In this document: positions 56,052 to 64,000 of the stretch, in pieces
Layout of the letters: the number at the start of each line of letters is the position of its first letter
How positions within the stretch are numbered: the first letter of the stretch is position 1
From: Methanobacteriota archaeon
GTDB lineage: Archaea; Thermoplasmatota; Poseidoniia; Poseidoniales; Thalassarchaeaceae
Length of the DNA: 64,000 bases
Direction of reading: 5' to 3'
Assembly: GCA_002708695.1 (NCBI GenBank)
Contig: PAOZ01000011.1
Coordinates: forward strand, 145-64,144
Translations under genes and position numbers: made by a program
Notes under the pieces: generated by a model
What the model was told of the DNA's origin: nothing
Databases searched by the model: none
The model's input: the letters and a program-made list of their open reading frames with translations, nothing else

Positions 56052-57304
56052 TGTGGACTAGGAAAGCATCTATTCTTGGTGCTGGGGGCGTATCTCTTGT
56101 CCTTGTAGGGATGATGATGTCAAATTTCCAAATGATGGTTTTTGGAGTGGCATTTGTAGCATTTCTTGCAGTAAATTCTTGGATTACAGGTCATGGAGAT
56201 ATTCAAGTTGTTCGAACTCTCAGTGCAGATAATTTGTACAAAGGAGATGACTTGTATGTTGAATTAGAAATCACCAATCCATCTTGGCGTAGAACACAAC
56301 AATTGGAGATATATGACAATGTTCCACATGAGATGAAGTTACGTAGCGGCCTCAATTACATGCGAGTAAATCTTGGACCAGGCGAGACAACAAGAGTACG
56401 TTATGTTTTGAGATGCCCGTTAAGAGGTCACTATTCTATTGGCCCAATATCCATTAGATATCGAGACTCTTTCAATTTATTTTCCCAAGAAATGTATGTA
56501 GATCATCGCTCAGATCTGATTGTTTTTCCTCAAGTTCGTGAAATTGAGGAAGCAATGGTCAGAAGTCGTACTCCAAAAATGTATACGGGTGCTACTACAC
56601 TACGTACTCCTGGCCCCGGTACTGAGTTCTTTAGCTTAAGAGAATATGTTCCTGGTGACCCATTCAAGATTATCAACTGGAAAGCATTTGCTCGAACTGG
56701 ACAGTTAATTGTAAATGAGAAGTGTAGAGATGCTGTTACTGATGTGTTTATTTTAGTCGATAGCCGAGATATTAGTAGAATAGGAACTGTACTAAAAAAT
56801 CCATTAGAGGTAGGTACTGTTGCTGCAGCATCTTTAGCATCATATTTCATCAAGAGAAGAGATAGTGTAGCACTAGCAGTATATGATGAACGCCTTTCGT
56901 TTTTGCCTCCTGATACAGGAGATAAGCAATATTTCAAGATTCTAAGCAGTCTTGCTGGTGTTGCACCTAAAGGTGCCATGCCTCTACAGGCTGTAACCAA
57001 TGCTCTTTCTTCTAGATTTAGTCGTGGTTCACCGGTGTTTATTATCAGTGCTTTGGAGGGAGATGGTACTACAATTCCAGCAATTCGTGACTTGGCAGGA
57101 AGAGGTCACGAAGTTATCATTTTGAGTCCCAGTAGTGTTGATTTTGAACGTCTAGTAAGTCGGATTCCTAGAACTTCCTATGAAGTTCTAAAATTAGAGA
57201 GACAGAATCGATTAACAGCCTTAGCAGGATTTGGTGCTAGAGTAATTGATTGGATGCCTGATGTAGAATTATCTCAAGCATTATTACAGGTAAAAATGGG
57301 GTGA
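56051..57304 (+). CDS. DUF58 domain protein (vWA-like, MoxR-associated family)
   Basis: FSLREYVPGDPFKIINWKAFARTGQLIVNEK is the DUF58 signature, followed by the vWA-like VFILVDSRD. Two N-terminal TM segments. ATG at 56051 overlaps the upstream stop (TAATG). Confidence 0.8.
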   Translation: MWTRKASILGAGGVSLVLVGMMMSNFQMMVFGVAFVAFLAVNSWITGHGDIQVVRTLSADNLYKGDDLYVELEITNPSWRRTQQLEIYDNVPHEMKLRSGLNYMRVNLGPGETTRVRYVLRCPLRGHYSIGPISIRYRDSFNLFSQEMYVDHRSDLIVFPQVREIEEAMVRSRTPKMYTGATTLRTPGPGTEFFSLREYVPGDPFKIINWKAFARTGQLIVNEKCRDAVTDVFILVDSRDISRIGTVLKNPLEVGTVAAASLASYFIKRRDSVALAVYDERLSFLPPDTGDKQYFKILSSLAGVAPKGAMPLQAVTNALSSRFSRGSPVFIISALEGDGTTIPAIRDLAGRGHEVIILSPSSVDFERLVSRIPRTSYEVLKLERQNRLTALAGFGARVIDWMPDVELSQALLQVKMG

Positions 57305-57308
57305 TTAA

Positions 57309-58523
57309 ATGGCTGAAGATGTTGCAATTCAGGGTGAGGGATTAGAAACCTTGCATCTCAAAATTCTTCGAAGAAAATGGCAAATTTTGGTATTACAAAT
57401 TACAGCTACAATTTCCTTACTTTCGATGTACATAATGATGACAAGAACATATGGTGCATGTGATAATTTAGGTTCATCTTCATGGTGTCCTGCTCTCGAT
57501 CATACACTTAGTTTGAGTTTAATTGAAGGGGTTCTTCAGCAAGAAGGATTATCATTCCCTATTCCAGATTGGATGACTGGTGTCGGTAATTCAGGTGATG
57601 GGAGATATTGGATGCCTTTGTTTTTGATTTCAATTCTTGTAGCTGGCTGGACAATTTTAGGCTTACAAACTGCAAGATTGAGAAGAAGAGTAAATATGGG
57701 AATACTTGGTTTTGCTCTTCTATATCTTGCAGGTTTGTTTGTGATAAATTGGTTATTTGGTATGATATTTGATTTTGATTTTTATCTACCATTTGGGCAA
57801 ATTGATCCAAATAAAAATCATGTTGAGCACTTAATTGGTCCTCTATTGTTATATGTTCAGTTGTTTATTTTAGTATTCTATTTCCTTCCAGTAATCTCAG
57901 GTTTGCTTGGAATTTGGGGTATGTCAAAATCCAAGATTTCGTGGGCAATCGGCTCAACAATCATCTATCTAGGTCTTCATGCACTTCTATCCTATGAAGG
58001 GGTTCGTTCAACAATTGAACTAAATTTAGATGCTTTACCAGTTCAGATTGGAGATGCAACTCAATGGGGCGGTTTGATTGCTCCTGAAATAGCTCCTTTA
58101 CTGATTATCAGTTTACTTCTAATGGTTTTCTTAGAGTCTGGTTTTGCTACCATTCGTTATGTTGAATATGCATTCAAATTACCTGAATCCTGTAAAAAAG
58201 ATCCCGAGTATGTTCAACAATTTAACAATATTTTGAATGTTCATCTACAACAAACTGTGGGCGTGACTTTCTTTGTAGGACTTGTCTCTGCTCTTGCTTT
58301 GAAATTTGATGACTTGATTGTTGATTTAGTTTCAGTTTTTGAAGGCTCTCAGTGGAGTGAACAGGTAAAGGAATCTCTTGAACTTCAATTAACATATGGA
58401 ACTGTTATTTCGGCTCTGATTTTTGTAATATTTATTGCTGGTTTGAGATATATCATTCCGTGGCCTAGAATTTCTGGATTAATTGAAAAGGGTATTCGTC
58501 AAATTCGTGATCAATCTGTTTGA
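57309..58523 (+). CDS. Polytopic membrane protein, unknown function
   Basis: 404 aa with about 9 hydrophobic segments. GGGGTGA lies upstream, and the gene starts 5 nt after the DUF58 stop, suggesting co-transcription. Confidence 0.6.
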   Translation: MAEDVAIQGEGLETLHLKILRRKWQILVLQITATISLLSMYIMMTRTYGACDNLGSSSWCPALDHTLSLSLIEGVLQQEGLSFPIPDWMTGVGNSGDGRYWMPLFLISILVAGWTILGLQTARLRRRVNMGILGFALLYLAGLFVINWLFGMIFDFDFYLPFGQIDPNKNHVEHLIGPLLLYVQLFILVFYFLPVISGLLGIWGMSKSKISWAIGSTIIYLGLHALLSYEGVRSTIELNLDALPVQIGDATQWGGLIAPEIAPLLIISLLLMVFLESGFATIRYVEYAFKLPESCKKDPEYVQQFNNILNVHLQQTVGVTFFVGLVSALALKFDDLIVDLVSVFEGSQWSEQVKESLELQLTYGTVISALIFVIFIAGLRYIIPWPRISGLIEKGIRQIRDQSV

Positions 58524-58524
58524 A

Positions 58525-58770
58525 TTATCTATCAAATAACTTTGACAGGAATTCAGCAATCAATAAAGCAACAATTGCTCCCGGAAAACATGTTAGAAGG
58601 ATGATTGTTTGATTGTTTAATGCCATCTCATTTTCTAATATCAAAGAGGAAAAAGCAAAAAGAATTGAAAATCCAAAAATTAAACTCATCACATTCCATA
58701 GTCTTTGATTTTTGAATTTACCTGGCTTTTCTTCTCTTCCGAGAAGAGTCAAAATTTCTTCATCATTCAT
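58525..58770 (-). CDS. Small two-TM membrane protein (81 aa)
   Basis: ORF with two clear hydrophobic helices, starting 13 nt downstream of the 1061-aa coiled-coil gene on the same strand. Confidence 0.45.
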   Translation of the reverse strand: MNDEEILTLLGREEKPGKFKNQRLWNVMSLIFGFSILFAFSSLILENEMALNNQTIILLTCFPGAIVALLIAEFLSKLFDR

Positions 58771-58783
58771 TTTTTGACACGCC

Positions 58784-61700
58784 TTAGATATCTAAATCCG
58801 CCAAATCATCTTCTAGTGAACTCAATGCATCTCTTTCGGAAGGATTACTTGGCATAGAGATGCCATTGATTTTTGAATCTCGTTCCCTTTTCATTTTATC
58901 AATTATTCTTACTTGTTCTTCTGCTTCTCTCATTTGTTGAATTTCTTCAGTTCCAATTATTGCAGAAGTTGGAACTAGCCCAAGATCTGAACGTTCAGAG
59001 ATGCTAATTCCATGTGTATCTGATGGTTCTTCTAGCCGTTCCCAAGTATTCTTTTTCCGTTGTTCTTTATTTTCAATTCTTTCTTTCTCAGTATCTTCTC
59101 TATTTGGGTCCATTTCTTGGAGGGCTAGATTATCAACATCTGGTCGTTGAACTCCGCTTAATCTCCCTGTTTCAAATGGGAGCATCCCATTATTCTGGAA
59201 TTTCCATATCGGCCCATTGAATGACCCTTCATCTCCTGCCATAGCATCTAGTCGTTTAGACATCCTTTCTAGTGCTTCTATTGTTGATGCCAAATCTACG
59301 GAAGATCCAGCATCTCGCATATCTGCGTCGATGTATATGTCATCAAGAGCAGAACGAATAAGAGATTGAGTTTCTGCTGCAATTCGTGGTAATGCTTCAG
59401 GTCTATTCATCACTCTTTCAATAGATTCTATTCTACTAGCTGGCATTCCAAGGTCATTCAGACTACGTAATACATCTTGCATTTGTCCAATAACTGTAGC
59501 TGCCTCTTCGTAACCTCTGATTATTTCTTCAAGATCAATTACTACATCGGTAACAATTTGACCTAACATATGGTGTAGACGTTGTTGTACTGACCACCTA
59601 GTTAATCCACGAACAGCAGAGGCAGTTTCTGGTGCCTGTTGTTCTAAGAGTTCCACTACTTCCGATGAAAGTAAATACCTAGGGGTTGCTGCAACTTCAT
59701 CAACAGTGTGTTGGATAATTGCCAATCCTCTCTCTACTGCCCTATCAAGTAAAACCATTGACAACCCTCTGCTTCTCGCGTTTTCCATTCGTTCTAAGAC
59801 TGGCTCTAAGGCTTTGAGCCCATCATCATCTAGAAGCGCTCTTGCAAGAGGCTCTTCTTGTAGGCGTGCACGAATTCGTTCTGCTTCAGCGATATCAACT
59901 AATGCTTGTTCATGAGATTCAGTTAATTCTTCGGCTTCTGATAATATCTCTCTCAATTCCGCTTCCGAATGAGCCTTTCTAGCGTCAAGGTCTCCCAATT
60001 CCCTCATTAATGTCCTTCTTTCCGACATCAATTCTTTTAGTTCAGTCTGTAATAGATTTTGTCTTCTTTCTAAGTCGTTTACTCTTCCACGATCATCATC
60101 AATTTGTCTTCTGATTGTATGGAGATCTCCTTCCAAAGCAGCAACTTCTACTCGGTGATTTCTCATTCGAGTTTCAGCTTCTTTTGTTTCAGCTTCAGCG
60201 TATCTATGCCTTTCTCGTAATGATCCTACTTGTTCTCCTAGAACCCTTTGAACTCTTTCATCTTCAGATAATGCAGTCCTTACTTGTTCTAATCTTTCTT
60301 CAGAACTTTCTAATGATGATTTCACTTCAGCATCTTTCTTCATTAATTCCTCTAGTTCTGCTTGTAGTTCAGTTCGTTTTTTGCTTTCTCCGATTGCGGA
60401 TGCGATTTCTGAAGCCTTTCTTTCAACTTGATGTTCAAGTTCAGCAACTCGTTTGGATAAAGCATCGGCGCGACTACGATCTGATTCAGCATCTTTCATC
60501 GACTTTTCTTTAGATAACACCGTTTGGTCTAATTTTTCTGAGAGTTCTCTAGCTCTTTCGTTTGCCTCATCTAGTAATGCACTTTTAGCAGACGCAGTAT
60601 TTTCTGCTTGATTTTTCTGTAATTGCTCTTCTTCTAGCAGTCGTTCTAAACGACCTCTTTCTCTTTCCAATCCGATTTTATCTTCTTCAAGACGGTTTAG
60701 TTTGTCAAGTATTTGCCTATCTTCTGGTTGTAAAACGCGGCCACCACGAGAATTTGGTAGAATTTTTGCCATTGGAACTCCTCCTGTGTCCAATAGTTTC
60801 CATTGCAGTTTTGCTATAGCAATTGATTCCATTCCCATTTCAAATTGATATAACCTATCTAATCGTTCACTTAGTAGTGATTTTCTACTTTCTGAACGAG
60901 TTCGAACGGTTGCTATAGAGTGAGAAAGGGATGCTAATGTGAATCCAGGCACATTCCCTTTCCCTAATGTCAACCTTGCCGCTCGTTCTAGACGATGTAA
61001 CTGAAGGTCAGCACTTGGAGATGAGAGATCTTTCACAACGTTTTCGAATTCTTCTTCATTCGTTCCAATTAAACCAGTTGGTATTCCGTCAATGAGAAGT
61101 AAGTATACTGGTTCATTCTTTCCTTCTGTTCGAATATGTCCAGTAATATCTTGCATTTTTGCAGTAGATAACATTGAGATGAGAGCATCTACTCCTCCTT
61201 TTCCTTCTCTAATCACAAATCCATCAGCGGGTGCTTCAACTACTGCGTCAGGATCAAATTCTGGCTCCTCCATCATTGAAGCCGCATTCATCAACAGAGT
61301 CATTGGATCTGCTCCACCAGTTGTCCAAATTGCTAATCCTGCCCCTCCATCTCTGGCCACAGTCATTTCATGTTCATCGAAAGCTTGTCTATACCAAGGC
61401 GCAGGAGAAGCTCCCATCAATTGAGTTAACGCATCCATTCCTCTAAGTTGTGCATCTAAATCTGCAGAAAGCGCATCGGGTTCTCCTGGTGTCGACCCAG
61501 ATGAATGAATCAATATCCCATCTTCAAAAGTTAATGCAGAAATCACTCCAGTTTCTTCTACTAATGAGTCTACGATTAGTGGCCATTCATTGGTTGATGC
61601 AGGTAATCTTCTTCCAGCTAGCCCTAATGTTCCGAGGAGTGCAGAATCAGCCAGTGCTTCTGGTAATCCATCGATTAATCTCCGAACTTCTTCTAATAAT

Positions 61701-61969
61701 AATGAATATGCCTTATGTTTCAACTCGTGTGCATCTTCTAATTCTACTAATCGCGCTTTACCGGCTTGTCCTCCAACATAATGTCGTTTTTCTTCTGCTT
61801 CAGCAAGCCAACCTACGATTCGCCCTCCTGCGACAATTCGATGAGCACAAGGCGCTCGTGATTTTGGTTTGAAAGAAGAAATTATTCCACATTCAAAATC
61901 CATAATTTCATTCATCGCACTTCCATCGAATCCCTTGTCGATTGCTTCTCCGTGTGGTAGTTCAAACAT
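58784..61969 (-). CDS. Giant coiled-coil protein with N-terminal Roadblock/LC7-like and DUF4388(PATAN)-like segments
   Basis: 1061 aa. N-terminal roughly 330 aa include LVEETGVISALTFEDGILIHSSGSTPGEPDALSADLDAQL (Roadblock-like) and GGVDALISMLSTAKMQDITGHIRTEGKNEPVYLLLIDGIPTGLIG (DUF4388-like). Residues of about 400-730 are E/R/K/L-rich heptad coiled coil. The C-terminal part is helical and acidic. Confidence 0.75.
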   Translation of the reverse strand: MFELPHGEAIDKGFDGSAMNEIMDFECGIISSFKPKSRAPCAHRIVAGGRIVGWLAEAEEKRHYVGGQAGKARLVELEDAHELKHKAYSLLLEEVRRLIDGLPEALADSALLGTLGLAGRRLPASTNEWPLIVDSLVEETGVISALTFEDGILIHSSGSTPGEPDALSADLDAQLRGMDALTQLMGASPAPWYRQAFDEHEMTVARDGGAGLAIWTTGGADPMTLLMNAASMMEEPEFDPDAVVEAPADGFVIREGKGGVDALISMLSTAKMQDITGHIRTEGKNEPVYLLLIDGIPTGLIGTNEEEFENVVKDLSSPSADLQLHRLERAARLTLGKGNVPGFTLASLSHSIATVRTRSESRKSLLSERLDRLYQFEMGMESIAIAKLQWKLLDTGGVPMAKILPNSRGGRVLQPEDRQILDKLNRLEEDKIGLERERGRLERLLEEEQLQKNQAENTASAKSALLDEANERARELSEKLDQTVLSKEKSMKDAESDRSRADALSKRVAELEHQVERKASEIASAIGESKKRTELQAELEELMKKDAEVKSSLESSEERLEQVRTALSEDERVQRVLGEQVGSLRERHRYAEAETKEAETRMRNHRVEVAALEGDLHTIRRQIDDDRGRVNDLERRQNLLQTELKELMSERRTLMRELGDLDARKAHSEAELREILSEAEELTESHEQALVDIAEAERIRARLQEEPLARALLDDDGLKALEPVLERMENARSRGLSMVLLDRAVERGLAIIQHTVDEVAATPRYLLSSEVVELLEQQAPETASAVRGLTRWSVQQRLHHMLGQIVTDVVIDLEEIIRGYEEAATVIGQMQDVLRSLNDLGMPASRIESIERVMNRPEALPRIAAETQSLIRSALDDIYIDADMRDAGSSVDLASTIEALERMSKRLDAMAGDEGSFNGPIWKFQNNGMLPFETGRLSGVQRPDVDNLALQEMDPNREDTEKERIENKEQRKKNTWERLEEPSDTHGISISERSDLGLVPTSAIIGTEEIQQMREAEEQVRIIDKMKRERDSKINGISMPSNPSERDALSSLEDDLADLDI

Positions 61970-62296
61970 CTAATCACCTAGTAGTTCTGCAAGGTCATTT
62001 TTGGTGCGCCTTGCTTCATGTGCGCAGCGCCCCAATCTTTTTCCTGAATCCATGTCCAACCAAAGTATTGCGTCACTTCCAGTGGTTGAGGCATAGAATG
62101 CGGAATTTTGATTTTCAGCCCACCATTCTACAAGCTTCCCAATTCCACTTTCTGTGGCCATTCTTTCTGCCCTAGTCCAACTATGAACTGAATTATGATT
62201 TTCAGATCCATCTAGTCCCTTTCCATCCAAATAAAACAGTTTGGATTTAGTCACACCTGGAAGGTGTTCAAAGGCTTTTACGACATTGATTGGCAT
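61970..62296 (-). CDS. Roadblock/LC7 (MglB)-like small protein
   Basis: 108 aa. AFEHLPGVTKSKLFYLDGKGLDGSEN fits the Roadblock N-terminal pattern (pGV.g..l...dG..l). Its stop codon directly abuts the ATG of the 1061-aa gene. Family call from pattern only. Confidence 0.5.
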   Translation of the reverse strand: MPINVVKAFEHLPGVTKSKLFYLDGKGLDGSENHNSVHSWTRAERMATESGIGKLVEWWAENQNSAFYASTTGSDAILWLDMDSGKRLGRCAHEARRTKNDLAELLGD

Positions 62297-62409
62297 GTAT
62301 CAGAGCGTTGGAGGCAATATACGCCTTCTTGTACTTGTCCCTAATATTCGATTAAGGTGGCGATTTGAGTGATAATTAGAAATCTCCAAAATCTGAAAGT
62401 AAATTATTA

Positions 62410-62482
62410 TTCAATTGAGGAAAACATGTATAATTAGAATAATGAATTTTTCAATTGAAAAAAAGAATTTACAATTGAAAAA
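62410..62482. promoter_or_regulatory. Three dyad motifs in an AT-rich divergent spacer
   Basis: TTCAATTGAGG at 62410-62420, TTTTTCAATTGAAAAA at 62447-62462 (perfect 16-nt palindrome) and TTTACAATTGAAAAA at 62468-62482. Lies between the Roadblock-like gene (start 62296, minus) and the PP-loop gene (ATG 62524, plus). Confidence 0.5.
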
Positions 62483-62523
62483 TTAAACGATTTATTCAAA
62501 CCATTTTGCGTCAGCCCCTAATT

Positions 62524-63510
62524 ATGAGTGTGGCATTAGAAGTGCATACATGCTCTAGATGTGATCGAGAATCTCTGATTTACCAACCATACAGCGGACT
62601 TCATTTATGTGGAACACACCTTGTAGAGTCGGTGAGGAAAAGGGTATCAAAATCCCTTCGTAAGCAACTAATTTTACCAAAGAATTCGATTAAATCAATT
62701 GGACGCCCATTTAGAGTTTTAATTGCTATTTCTGGAGGAAAAGATTCTGCTATTCTTCTATATTTTTTACATAGTATTCTTGGTTCAAGAAGAGATGTTG
62801 AATTAATTGCGGGAGTTGTAGATGAAGGAATAGATGGTTATCGTTCTCCTTCAATTGATTGTGCAGAAGAGTTATGTTCCATGATTGGTGTACAGTTTGA
62901 ACGAATTTCTTATCCTGATTTATCATTCCCAGAAATGGATAATGTTGTTGAATCATTGCCGAAGATTTCTGAAAATAATTTTGAAGCAAAAGGGATGATG
63001 CCTTGCAGTTTTTGTGGTGTGTTCAGGAGACAGGGTTTGAATTCATTGGCAAATCGGATTGGAGCAGATGTGATGGCATTGGGGCATAATCTAGACGATG
63101 TTGCTCAATCAGTTCTAATGAATCTGCAAAAAGGTGAGGTGGACCGAACCGCAAGATTAGCACCTCATACAACTCAGCCTATCGAGGGATTAGCCCCTAG
63201 AATCGTCCCACTTCGCTGGATTCCAGAACAAGAGATACATGCCGCAGCAATTCATCTCAATCTTCCAATTCATCATGGAGATTGTCCACATGCAGGCGGC
63301 GCTATGCGTCAACGAAGCAGGGAAATTATTGCAACAATAGAGAAAGATATACCTGGCAGCCGTCATGGTTTAGTTCAATCTATGGATCGGATTAGAGAAT
63401 TAGCTATTGATTCAAAAAATCCTTCTTCTATCCAATCATGTCAGAGATGTGGAGAGCCGACGAGTCGTCCAGTTTGCCAATCATGTACCATGAAGGAATG
63501 GTTTGAATGA
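62524..63510 (+). CDS. PP-loop ATPase, tRNA 2-thiolation protein (TtuA/NcsA family)
   Basis: SGGKDS PP-loop (LIAISGGKDSAILL), N-terminal CxxC...C..H and C-terminal CQRCGE...CQSC zinc fingers, and GHNLDD. ATG at 62524; the track starts at a TTG (62506). Confidence 0.85.
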   Translation: MSVALEVHTCSRCDRESLIYQPYSGLHLCGTHLVESVRKRVSKSLRKQLILPKNSIKSIGRPFRVLIAISGGKDSAILLYFLHSILGSRRDVELIAGVVDEGIDGYRSPSIDCAEELCSMIGVQFERISYPDLSFPEMDNVVESLPKISENNFEAKGMMPCSFCGVFRRQGLNSLANRIGADVMALGHNLDDVAQSVLMNLQKGEVDRTARLAPHTTQPIEGLAPRIVPLRWIPEQEIHAAAIHLNLPIHHGDCPHAGGAMRQRSREIIATIEKDIPGSRHGLVQSMDRIRELAIDSKNPSSIQSCQRCGEPTSRPVCQSCTMKEWFE

Positions 63511-63734
63511 ATGATGAAAATTCGAAAAAAATTTGGTCATATATTCAAGAAGCAGGTGACAAATTAATCGGAAAATTACCCCCCTCCAGATCTCATCCTA
63601 AGGGCAGAAATCCATATGCCCATGTTGCAATTTGTGTAAAAAGTAAATTCGGGCAATCATACAAGGATATTCCAGATGAACGAATTGATGAAGTTTTGAA
63701 TTTCATTGATTATTTGGTCGAGCATCCATCATAG
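63507..63734 (+). CDS. Small hypothetical protein (75 aa)
   Basis: ATGA start/stop overlap with the PP-loop gene suggests translational coupling. No family recognised. Confidence 0.45.
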   Translation: MNDENSKKIWSYIQEAGDKLIGKLPPSRSHPKGRNPYAHVAICVKSKFGQSYKDIPDERIDEVLNFIDYLVEHPS

Positions 63735-63798
63735 AATCTAAATTTAGATTAAATTTGTTTGTATTATATAGTGTGAATTCAATATTTTATTGTTTTTT

Positions 63799-64000
63799 AT
63801 GCGTCCATATGATCTACGAATTCAAAATGATGCTGCAAATATTGTATCCAAACCAGTACTAAGATCAGTAGAGAAAATAAAAATGAAAATTAGATTTATG
63901 CAATCATCTTCATGTGAATGGTGCGGTAATTCATTTGGTAGATTTGATTGTATTGAATCTATGAGGGATGAAGTGTTTGATTGTGATTCAAATCATGGCC
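63799..64000 (+). CDS. Hypothetical Cys-rich protein, partial (runs off window)
   Basis: Own translation from the ATG at about 63799: MRPYDLRIQNDAANIVSKPVL...SSSCEWCGNSFGRFDCIESMRDEVFDCDSNHG, open to the window end. Possible zinc-ribbon. Confidence 0.3.
   Translation, partial: MRPYDLRIQNDAANIVSKPVLRSVEKIKMKIRFMQSSSCEWCGNSFGRFDCIESMRDEVFDCDSNHG

Noticed and set aside
1-64000. Searched by eye for rRNA, tRNA, CRISPR arrays, transposases/integrases, and toxin or restriction genes that would mark a mobile or defence island.
   Set aside because: No cloverleaf-like GC-rich 70-90-nt segments, no regularly spaced direct repeats, and no recombinase-like ORFs were seen. Gene content is housekeeping or surface-related. 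tRNA and small-RNA detection by eye is weak, so tRNAscan/Infernal should confirm.

Overview
Gene-dense, AT-rich archaeal chromosomal segment with about 48 protein-coding genes on both strands. Spacers are short, GAGGTG-type Shine-Dalgarno sequences are frequent, and many genes show stop/start coupling. I recognise no rRNA, tRNA, CRISPR array, integrase or transposase. Archaeal hallmarks are deoxyhypusine synthase, Hjc resolvase, Cdc48/VCP, chromatin protein MC1, geranylgeranyl reductase, Sec11-type signal peptidase, a presenilin homologue, a stand-alone Lrp/AsnC RAM domain and PRC-barrel proteins. They sit beside bacterial-type aerobic-heterotroph functions: UvrB, succinate dehydrogenase, a CcmF-like haem lyase, a 3-methylcrotonyl-CoA carboxylase cluster, aldehyde dehydrogenase and FolC. 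There are also two giant membrane-anchored surface proteins. The mix suggests an uncultured planktonic Thermoplasmatota lineage such as Marine Group II, but that is inference only. The window looks like core chromosome, not a mobile or defence island. Items worth a second look: (1) a palindromic TTYCAATTGRAA dyad strongly concentrated in intergenic spacers; (2) a tightly coupled operon of a Roadblock-like protein, a 1061-aa Roadblock/DUF4388-like coiled-coil giant and a tiny membrane protein; (3) a DUF4350-like/DUF58/polytopic-membrane cluster with no MoxR ATPase, just downstream of cdc48 and a PRC-barrel gene; (4) a presenilin-type protease with a roughly 390-aa extracytoplasmic insertion; (5) an adhesin whose PA14 and LamG domains appear nested inside another domain; (6) an excess of proteins ending in EEE; (7) a GC-rich islet holding the MC1 gene. 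Start codons were re-picked by eye where the ORF track began at TTG/GTG upstream of a better ATG. My hand-counted coordinates may be off by 1-2 nt.
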